DNA of 56,733 nt from a virus. Taxonomy: Duplodnaviria > Caudoviricetes. Position numbers and translations under genes: made by a program. Positions 9,789-16,844 of this stretch are shown here, piece after piece. Below the pieces are notes generated by a model. It ran no database searches. It saw only the letters and a program-made list of their open reading frames with translations, and had not been told where the DNA came from. The number at the start of each line of letters is the position of its first letter. The first letter of the stretch is position 1. The DNA lies in IMG/VR virus record IMGVR_UViG_3300014822_000065, positions 1 to 56,733 of that record; one strand, given 5' to 3'.

Positions 9789-10733
9789 TCATGCGAGCGG
9801 GTCGATGTCACTCTCCTCCAACGCCTTGAGCTCCGCGGGTGTCAGTCCCGGCTTCATGTTGTATTCCTTACCGCGCGGGCCGGATTGCATCAGGGGCTTA
9901 CCCCTGGGAGTCTTGCCCTTTTCCATATACCACTTGACGAACGCCGCCATCTTCTCTTCCAGTGCCGGGTCTTGCTCCATGGCCTTCTCGGCCAGTTTCT
10001 GCTCCATTATTGAACGAACACTTGTGCGCCCCGTGCGCCGCTCAAGCCCGGTCTCCGGGTCAACCTCATTGGGCGGCATCTCGTCCGGATAGACCGCCGT
10101 GCCGTCAATCGTCTTCCCGTCCGCGTTGTCACGGAACCGGGCAGCCCAGTCTTCCGCGCTGAGATTTGCCTGGTCGGACTGGGGAATAGCAAGCACGCCC
10201 CCGCTGATTTCTGCCTGAATTTTCATATTCTCGCGGAACTTCTCGGGACGCCGCGCCTTCAGGAGCACTTCCAGCAGCCGGTCACTGTAGCGGCGGATTG
10301 TCAGAGGTATAGGCCGCCCATTAGCATCCAATTCCAGTTCGCCGGTGTTGGGATCACGGACGAATGCCTGAATGCCCTTGTGGACCACCGGCTCCTCATA
10401 TCCCTCCACAGCACGCCGCTGCGCTTCCTGCTCCAGGTAATCATTGCCAATTTCGAGGGCTGCGTCCCAGGCCTCATGAAATTCTGCGACCAGAGGATTT
10501 CCATCGTCATCCAGCCCTCCCATGTTGATGGTGTATCCCGGAAACCCGTCTTCGCTCCGCCGTTTCCAATAATACATCAACCAAGGCGTCACACCAACGC
10601 GACGGGCGGTTTCTGACACGTTGGCACAATCCGCCAACTCTGCAACGCAACGCTGCAGCATCTCAGGAGACCGCTTTTGATTATGGTTGGTTTTCTGCAG
10701 CTCATCGGGCTGTCGGGGCCGGTGCATTGCCAT
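9789..10733 (-). CDS. terS: Terminase small subunit (extended; ends DPLA)
   Basis: N-terminal HTH (NVSETARRVGV), LEQEAQRRAVEG, YSDRLLEVLLKARRPEKFR; upstream of terL. Confidence 0.85.
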   Translation of the reverse strand: MAMHRPRQPDELQKTNHNQKRSPEMLQRCVAELADCANVSETARRVGVTPWLMYYWKRRSEDGFPGYTINMGGLDDDGNPLVAEFHEAWDAALEIGNDYLEQEAQRRAVEGYEEPVVHKGIQAFVRDPNTGELELDANGRPIPLTIRRYSDRLLEVLLKARRPEKFRENMKIQAEISGGVLAIPQSDQANLSAEDWAARFRDNADGKTIDGTAVYPDEMPPNEVDPETGLERRTGRTSVRSIMEQKLAEKAMEQDPALEEKMAAFVKWYMEKGKTPRGKPLMQSGPRGKEYNMKPGLTPAELKALEESDIDPLA

Positions 10734-11102
10734 ATCTATTGGTTCCTTGGGCTAGTTGGTGGTATTTCTTTCATATAGCCATCTTACAGCACCGGCGTAC
10801 GCCAGCGTTGGCTTTACAGAGTGCACTCTGTAAACTTGCTAGACTGGGAGGAACTTTGGGTTCAAACCTATTTTCTAATATTTTGGGAGGGCTAATAGGC
10901 GATCAGGGCGCCTAGGTTCCAAGGGCCCCGCATGGAAAGGCTATTAGAGGACTAGACCTACGGTCTAGATCACTAGAACTTTTGCCTTCAAACTGTCCAT
11001 GCCTGTGCGAAAACAGCACAGGGGGCACTATATACAGTAGGAGCTAGCACCTACCCCCACTGTATATCGACAAAAAAAGTTTGAAAAAGGGGAAATTGTG
11101 AT

Positions 11103-11131
11103 TTTACGTTACGGTGTTTCCCTGGTAACAT
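11103..11131 (+). promoter_or_regulatory. Putative sigma70-type early promoter
   Basis: TTTACG-N17-TAACAT preceded by A-tracts; upstream of the first plus-strand gene. Confidence 0.5.
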
Positions 11132-11253
11132 ATAACTACTTGAGGGACAGAGAAACCCTTGAGTGCCCCACGTGCGAGACACATGGGGCCTAACCGGGGT
11201 CTACCCCTAACCCAACCTGCGACATTTTTGTCGCACCTAACTGGAGACTAACC

Positions 11254-11481
11254 ATGTCCACTTTTCGCAACTGCACTCATGTTGTCAAAACCCTCCTCCT
11301 CGAGGGGGAACTGTCCTACAAAGAGATAGCCAATCGAGCCCGGTACCATTTCCCCGATGCCCGCACGACTGACAAGTCCGTGGCATCCATTGCCCGTGAC
11401 ATGCGGAAGGCTGGCCTGCTTGAAAAAAGGCAGCCCAAGACTAAGCGACCTGTCCAGCTCGAACTGGACCTGGGCCTCTAA
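11254..11481 (+). CDS. Small putative DNA-binding early protein (FPxAxTT family)
   Basis: GGAGA RBS; LSYKEIA...FPDARTT helix pattern; basic tail. Confidence 0.7.
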   Translation: MSTFRNCTHVVKTLLLEGELSYKEIANRARYHFPDARTTDKSVASIARDMRKAGLLEKRQPKTKRPVQLELDLGL

Positions 11482-11543
11482 GGCCCAGAGCCTGGACCAG
11501 GACCCTGGTCCAGGCACCCACACCCAACCAAGGAGAACTAACC

Positions 11544-11852
11544 ATGTCCAACTGCATCAAAGCCATCCTCATGGAGGAACTCGAAACCTGCGTGGAGGCC
11601 CTTGTGACTTACCAGTCCGATACAACTATGCACTGGCTTGAGCGTGACAGGGAGCTGGAGACCTGGACCCAACGTCTGGCTCGGGTCAAGAAGGCCCTGT
11701 TCGAGGTCGAGAATGCCCTCCACCTGACCCAGTCGGAGTGGTCCACCCTGCGGATGCTGGTCGAGTTCCACGAGGGCTCCTACGAGGACCCAAGTGAGGC
11801 ACCGTTCAACACCCGCGACTTCGAGGCCATCCTGGACAAGCTCCGGGGCTAA
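11544..11852 (+). CDS. Hypothetical early protein
   Basis: AAGGAG RBS; 102 aa; GC-rich third positions. Confidence 0.75.
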   Translation: MSNCIKAILMEELETCVEALVTYQSDTTMHWLERDRELETWTQRLARVKKALFEVENALHLTQSEWSTLRMLVEFHEGSYEDPSEAPFNTRDFEAILDKLRG

Positions 11853-12108
11853 GGCCTCCGGGTTAACAGCGCCCAGGCTCTGAGCTTGGAGCCTGGGCAC
11901 CGGAACGGCCCGCGAGGGCCAAGCACACTTACTCAGGCGCAGCTTGGGGAGAATGGGAGGGATGCCTTGTGACACGGGTACTTGGGCAGATGCCAATCCC
12001 ACACGGCCTCCGGGTCTTTTCGTGCTGGCTGGGCAAAAGCCCTACCGGCCTCAAGCACCCAGCCACTGTCTAGCTCAAACAAAAATGGAGGGACCCGCGG
12101 TTTTTCTG

Positions 12109-12138
12109 TTTACAACCCTGCCACTTCCGTTCTATACT
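12109..12138 (+). promoter_or_regulatory. Putative sigma70 promoter
   Basis: TTTACA-N18-TATACT. Confidence 0.6.
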
Positions 12139-12212
12139 GTTATTGTGAGACAGCGACAAACGCCCTCACGTCAACCAGGCCAACAGGCCAACAACCCTAG
12201 AAAGGAACTACC

Positions 12213-12671
12213 ATGTCCACCCTTGAGAACAAAACCATCGCCGAACTGGTTAAAATCCATGATGCCATCGAGGGCGTTGAGCCCATCGGCAAGTGGAAGG
12301 GCCGCAAGGACCTGCTGATCGAGAAGGTGTCCGCCGCCATGAAGGCTGCCCGCGGCACCAAGACGATCCGCGAAGTGGCCGAGAGCTGGCTGACCACGGT
12401 CGCCTACAAGGACGAAGATGGCAAGCCGATCGGCTATCCTTACGACTACATCCTGGAGCGTGTCCTGGAGGAGTTCCCCGAGGCCAACACGACGGTCAAG
12501 TGCCTGCGCTGGTACAACACCAAGCTGAACTCGGACCCCAACATCAAGATGCCTGTGCGCCCCCGCAAAAAGGTGGTCCGCCCGGAAAAGACCGAGGACA
12601 CCTCGGAACAGGTCGAGGTCCAGGTCGAGGCCGAAAAGGAGCAGGAGCAGGTGGCCGATCCCCTGGCCTGA
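12213..12671 (+). CDS. Putative DNA-binding early protein (FPxAxTT family; ends DPLA)
   Basis: AAAGGA RBS; EEFPEANTTVKCLRWYNTKL resembles the 30263 protein. Confidence 0.8.
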   Translation: MSTLENKTIAELVKIHDAIEGVEPIGKWKGRKDLLIEKVSAAMKAARGTKTIREVAESWLTTVAYKDEDGKPIGYPYDYILERVLEEFPEANTTVKCLRWYNTKLNSDPNIKMPVRPRKKVVRPEKTEDTSEQVEVQVEAEKEQEQVADPLA

Positions 12672-12678
12672 TTGCCTG

Positions 12679-12705
12679 GTGCCCCGGGGATAATTCCCCG
12701 GGGTG
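12679..12705 (+). terminator. GC-rich hairpin after the 12213 gene
   Basis: CCCCGGGG-ATAATT-CCCCGGGG palindromic stem; no U-tract. Confidence 0.35.
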
Positions 12706-12816
12706 CAGCGACGGGCTAGCCAGGTGCTATGATGGTGACGGGCGCTCTGACGCCGGCCGAGACGGGTAAACCCTGGCTAGTCCTTCCCTGCACCCCAACC
12801 AAGTAGGAGAAAACCC

Positions 12817-13203
12817 ATGTCCCACCACGATACCTTCTATCAGAGTTTTGATGACGTGTGCAAAGCACTGGTCGACACACCTTCGCCGGACCCCAAGAGC
12901 GTCCTTAGCCGGTGCTTCAGGCTCTACTTCCGCTCCCTGAATGCTGCGGAGAAGTTCGGTTTCACCGGCGTGGGTTGCATTACCTTCGCTGAGGTCCGTC
13001 TGACTGAGTTCCAGCGTCGGATCCTGGGCCTGCGTCACAGGATTGGCGACAAGGTGACGGTCGGTCAATTCGGGGGCCTGTATGAGGCCACCATCGTTGG
13101 CTACGGCGTCGAGCACAAAGGGCACAAAGCCATCCCGGTCTACGACCTGGAAACCCCGACGGGCGACCGGCGCTGGGCCTATAAGGATCAGATCGATGCA
13201 TGA
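12817..13203 (+). CDS. Hypothetical protein with C-terminal SH3/Tudor-like beta barrel
   Basis: AGGAG RBS; RIGDKVTV...ATIVG...VYDL...RWAYKDQI pattern. Confidence 0.7.
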   Translation: MSHHDTFYQSFDDVCKALVDTPSPDPKSVLSRCFRLYFRSLNAAEKFGFTGVGCITFAEVRLTEFQRRILGLRHRIGDKVTVGQFGGLYEATIVGYGVEHKGHKAIPVYDLETPTGDRRWAYKDQIDA

Positions 13204-13342
13204 CTCCTATACCCGACACGAATGCGGGATTACCACCTTCGTGCCCACGCGCTGGTCCCGCTTCGTGGACCTGTGTGTCCTTGCCGCCGGCTACGGGGTA
13301 ATTGCCCTGAAACTCTACCTGATCTGGAGGACTTTCCAATGA
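13196..13342 (+). CDS. 48-aa predicted membrane peptide
   Basis: AAGGA RBS; overlaps both neighbours; hydrophobic C-half. Confidence 0.5.
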   Translation: MHDSYTRHECGITTFVPTRWSRFVDLCVLAAGYGVIALKLYLIWRTFQ

Positions 13343-13653
13343 CCCTGAGTGAGCTCATCGACCAGCTGACCGAACTGCAACAGGAATTCCCTGACACGGA
13401 CCCTGAAGTGATTGTCGCCTACCAGCCGAACTGGCCCATGGAGACCCAGATCACCGACGTGGTGGCTGTTGACCCTCTGACCGACTGGGATGACGAGTAC
13501 GGCCCTGAGCCGGCAGAAGACGACCCTGACCACGACGCGTGGGCCCAGGATCGGTCGCTGGCCGAGGCCAAGCCCAAGTCTGTCATCATTGGCACGGCGT
13601 GGGGCAACGAATACCTTCGCGCTGGCGGCGCAGAAGCTTTGGGCTGGCGCTAA
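13339..13653 (+). CDS. Acidic hypothetical protein (MTLSELIDQL)
   Basis: GGAGG RBS before ATG 13339; AYQPNWP motif. Confidence 0.75.
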   Translation: MTLSELIDQLTELQQEFPDTDPEVIVAYQPNWPMETQITDVVAVDPLTDWDDEYGPEPAEDDPDHDAWAQDRSLAEAKPKSVIIGTAWGNEYLRAGGAEALGWR

Positions 13654-13672
13654 CAGCATACGGAGACCTGAC

Positions 13673-14023
13673 ATGACTTACCAACGCGTGGTACCGCGGG
13701 ACCTGTTTAACGAGGGCAACCTCCTAAAGTGCCTCGGAAAGCTGACCCTGTATATTCAGGACGGCTATCTGCCCCGACTTCGACTGGTGGAGAGCTCCTT
13801 GACTTCGGGGTTCAAAGTCGAGCAGAACGAGGCCACCGGGGGTATTTTCTGCAGGAACTACCTGCTTGTTACCCCTCTCTACAATGACCGCTTGCCAGTG
13901 TTCCACGAGCGACCATTGAACTCGCGAGAGCCCTGGCCTCTGTTCCTCTACCTCGAGGACCTGGAGTTCCAAGTCTTCAATGACGATGGCTCCCTTACTG
14001 AAGAAATGGATGTCTTCAGGTAA
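13673..14023 (+). CDS. Conserved phage hypothetical protein
   Basis: GGAGA RBS; YQRVVPRDLFNEGNLLKCLG and PLNSREPWPL motifs, recalled from other phages. Confidence 0.75.
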   Translation: MTYQRVVPRDLFNEGNLLKCLGKLTLYIQDGYLPRLRLVESSLTSGFKVEQNEATGGIFCRNYLLVTPLYNDRLPVFHERPLNSREPWPLFLYLEDLEFQVFNDDGSLTEEMDVFR

Positions 14024-14031
14024 CCCTTAGC

Positions 14032-14181
14032 GCTGGTGCCAGTGCTGGTGCCAGCGCTGGTGCCAACGCTGGTGCCCTAAGTGCTGGTGCCCTAAGTGCT
14101 GGTGCCGACGCTGGTGCCCTAAGTGCTGGTGCCAACGCTGGTGCCAGTACTGGTGCCAACGCTGGTGCCAACGCTGGTGCC
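14032..14181 (+). repeat. Tandem array of GCTGGTGCC (11 exact copies plus 1 variant; 12 or 15 bp period)
   Basis: Counted directly at 14032, 14044, 14056, 14068, 14083, 14098, 14110, 14125, 14137, 14149 (variant), 14161, 14173. Confidence 0.95.
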
Positions 14182-14188
14182 CTAAGCA

Positions 14189-14326
14189 CTGATACCCAGG
14201 TAGCGTAACGCAGGGCTGGGACCCTGAATGCTGGTAACCCTAAATGCTGGTAGTGTAATGCTAGGATTGAACCCTCAATGCTGATACCCAGGTAGCGTAA
14301 CGCAAGGCTGGGACCCTGAATGCTGG
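14189..14326 (+). repeat. 46-bp direct repeat pair (1 mismatch)
   Basis: CTGATACCCAGGTAGCGTAACGCA(G/A)GGCTGGGACCCTGAATGCTGG at 14189-14234 and 14281-14326. Confidence 0.9.
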
Positions 14327-14413
14327 CGGCGCAGAATTCTACCCACGAGCAGCATTTGTGTCCAATACCCACAATAAAAAGGAAGAAGCCCTGACAAAAC
14401 AGTAGAAATGAGG

Positions 14414-14442
14414 TTTGCTTCTGGCAAACAACACAGTACAAT
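14414..14442 (+). promoter_or_regulatory. Putative sigma70 promoter
   Basis: TTTGCT-N17-TACAAT upstream of the AAAGGAG RBS. Confidence 0.55.
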
Positions 14443-14470
14443 AGAACCACATAAAAGAAAGGAGCTAACC

Positions 14471-14947
14471 ATGTCTACCCAAACTCTTACGGAACGCAAT
14501 TCCATATGGCTCTACGGGGTCTGTACCTTCCAAGACGTGGAGGCTGAGCGGGATGACCCCTCAGTCGACATGGACATGATGTCTGCCCCGCAAGTGGCCA
14601 TCATAGCCCCGGGCTATTCCGAGGCATTCGTTCGGGAGCTGGCAACAGACGCCCTGGACGAGCTGGCCATTGAAGACGAGATTGCCGGGTATGACCCAGC
14701 ATTGGACCTTCGCGGAGTATCCCTCGATGACCTGGAGCACGTCATGTCCTGCGCCCGTCCGGAGAGATTGCAGGGCCTGCCCCACGTTATCCTCGAAACA
14801 GTGGTGCATGACTACTACCACCCGGCCGACAGTTGCCATCTGATCCGTGTGACCGTTCAGAAACGTTCGGTGCGCTCGCTCGACAACCACGAGCCGAAGC
14901 TTACCGAGCGCGTATCGGTCCGCCACACAGCCCCGGGGGACAATTGA
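14471..14947 (+). CDS. Acidic hypothetical early protein
   Basis: AAAGGAG RBS before ATG 14471. Confidence 0.75.
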   Translation: MSTQTLTERNSIWLYGVCTFQDVEAERDDPSVDMDMMSAPQVAIIAPGYSEAFVRELATDALDELAIEDEIAGYDPALDLRGVSLDDLEHVMSCARPERLQGLPHVILETVVHDYYHPADSCHLIRVTVQKRSVRSLDNHEPKLTERVSVRHTAPGDN

Positions 14948-15126
14948 TGAAGATAGTCGCAAACCTGATACTGCTCGGCTTTATCGCGTTGATATTCATC
15001 AACGGGATGCGGCTTACCTTCTTCGGGCCCCAAGCCTGTGACCTCGTAAGAGACAACCTGCCAATGCCCATCGAACAATCAGTGTTGGAATTCCACGCCA
15101 AATACGGAGACCACCTCAATGACTAA
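14947..15126 (+). CDS. 59-aa membrane protein
   Basis: TGATG coupling with upstream gene; N-terminal hydrophobic helix MKIVANLILLGFIALIFI. Confidence 0.6.
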   Translation: MKIVANLILLGFIALIFINGMRLTFFGPQACDLVRDNLPMPIEQSVLEFHAKYGDHLND

Positions 15127-15433
15127 GACAAATTCCCGAAATGCAGCCCCCGGTATTAAACAACGGGTGCAGATGCGCAAATACGAAAACTCCTGGGCGG
15201 TCTTTGTGGACAACTCTCCCAAATGGACTGGCCTGTCCCGATCCGAAGCCCTCTGGCGCCAAGACCAAGAGACCTGGAGACTCACCACTGCCAAAGCCAT
15301 CGCCACCTTGCAGGATCGCAGGCAGCGATACCCAGACTTGGACTGGACTTGCGTAGCGCAGTCCCTTGCACTTGAATGGGACGTCAATGAGCAAAGGCTC
15401 CTAAAAACCCTTGCCCTTACCTGGCAAGAGTGA
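15119..15433 (+). CDS. Hypothetical protein
   Basis: GGAGA RBS; overlaps the upstream gene; Trp-rich. Confidence 0.65.
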   Translation: MTKTNSRNAAPGIKQRVQMRKYENSWAVFVDNSPKWTGLSRSEALWRQDQETWRLTTAKAIATLQDRRQRYPDLDWTCVAQSLALEWDVNEQRLLKTLALTWQE

Positions 15434-15496
15434 GAGCGACCGGGAAACGACCAGAGGAACAAAGGTTCCTACCTGGAGTTTCCCGGCTACAGCACC

Positions 15497-15760
15497 TTGA
15501 CTATTAGTGGCATAGTCAAAATCGAGCGCACAGTCACTGGGTTTGCCAAGGAAAAACTGTTTATTTTTAAGTATTTAGGTGTCCTTTTGACTTTTGACTA
15601 CGACATTTTAATAAAAATAATGCATGCACATACACACATGCACATAAAAAACTTTTTGCGCGTAGTCGCAGTCAAAAGTCAAAAATAGCCTTAAGCTCTT
15701 GATATTGCTAGCTTTTTTTATTCGACTGCGACTGTGCCAGTTATTAAGCGCAGTCAGTAG
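15497..15760. other. Putative replication origin (AT-rich core flanked by a 20-bp inverted repeat)
   Basis: TTTTGACTTTTGACTACGAC (15585-15604) versus GTCGCAGTCAAAAGTCAAAA (15665-15684), 1 mismatch; conspicuously AT-rich non-coding stretch; about 1 kb from the primase gene. Confidence 0.55.
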
Positions 15761-16004
15761 AACCGAGGCTTGACAAGCCTTTGCCGCTTCTATCCTGTGC
15801 GTCCCAGTCCAAAACCAGGCAATCCGCCTAGCATTTATCACCGCTAAGACGCGATTAGAGCAGGAGCTCCGACCCACCTCAACCCTCCTCAGCCCTCCTT
15901 AACTTTCCTCAACCTTCCGCCGACCGTCACGATGGTTCACGGCATGGTTCACAGCATGAGAGGCGCTCACCGCCAAGCAAAAACTTCTGGTCGACAACTA
16001 CTGG

Positions 16005-16033
16005 TTTACTTCTCTACTCTAGCATGATATTCT
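16005..16033 (+). promoter_or_regulatory. Putative sigma70 promoter
   Basis: TTTACT-N17-TATTCT. Confidence 0.45.
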
Positions 16034-16059
16034 ATTTACAGTAACAACGGAGAAACACT

Positions 16060-16347
16060 ATGTCCACGTCCACGTCCACGTCCACGCCCATGCCCCAAAT
16101 CGTCTCAGTCACTCCATTCTCTATGACCGCCCGGGCGGCAAAAATTGTGTGGGGCCAAATCCTCAAAGACGTCGAGTTCCTCAACCCCGAGGACGCTGCA
16201 CGGTTCATCGTCGTCCTGGAGGAACTCGGGTACAAGCCGGAATATGGCTACATGACCAGCGAGTTCTACACCTTGCAGGCCGCAGCGAGCCAAGACCCTG
16301 TGATGGCGGACCACCTGTCCGGCCGGTTCGGGAGGACAGGCGAATGA
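16060..16347 (+). CDS. Hypothetical protein (N-terminal ST repeat from TCCACG x4)
   Basis: GGAGA RBS; ATGA coupling to the next gene. Confidence 0.7.
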   Translation: MSTSTSTSTPMPQIVSVTPFSMTARAAKIVWGQILKDVEFLNPEDAARFIVVLEELGYKPEYGYMTSEFYTLQAAASQDPVMADHLSGRFGRTGE

Positions 16348-16727
16348 CCTCACCGACCAACGTAACCAAGTTCCCCGATCAGGCGCTCGGCCTCGTAAAC
16401 CATCTGCCGGCGCTGGACTACGCTCTCCTGCACCAGCAGATCGATACCCTGGCGGAAGCCAAGGCCTACATCGAGATGCTCTGCCGGAACGGGCTCATGT
16501 ATCACTTCGACGATGGGCCGGAAGACATGCTGTGGGCTCTGCCCGTAAACAGCACTCCCCACCACAAAGACGTCGAGGTGATGCGCCAGCGCCAAGATGA
16601 ACTCTATTACGCTTATCCGGGCCGCCACGAACCGCGTCACTGGCCGGAGGAAGACGGCGGGAGCCCTCTCGGCTATGCAGTCATCTGCCTGAAACGAGCA
16701 ACAGCGGCAGCAGCAGCCAGTCGCTAA
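16344..16727 (+). CDS. Hypothetical protein
   Basis: GGAGG RBS before ATG 16344; GLMYHFDDGPED motif. Confidence 0.7.
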   Translation: MTSPTNVTKFPDQALGLVNHLPALDYALLHQQIDTLAEAKAYIEMLCRNGLMYHFDDGPEDMLWALPVNSTPHHKDVEVMRQRQDELYYAYPGRHEPRHWPEEDGGSPLGYAVICLKRATAAAAASR

Positions 16728-16759
16728 TCTACCGCTAATCTACTGGTCGATGATATGAT

Positions 16760-16791
16760 AAGGCCCCGGGCATTTCTGCACCGGGGCCTCT
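16760..16791. terminator. Hairpin between convergent genes
   Basis: AGGCCCCGG...CCGGGGCCT between the 16727 stop and the primase stop. Confidence 0.55.
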
Positions 16792-16844
16792 AAGCCTGGG
16801 ATCAACTCAGGGTTTGCGGACACATGGAGGTCCAGGCTTATCAG

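Noticed and set aside
14032-14326. CRISPR array
   Set aside because: Units are 9 bp with 3-6 nt spacers; the 46-bp unit occurs only twice; no cas operon.
14016-14450. APALR-repeat protein on the minus strand
   Set aside because: Antisense to the early operon, overlaps a promoter and has no clear RBS; probably open only because the repeat is in phase. Not fully excluded.
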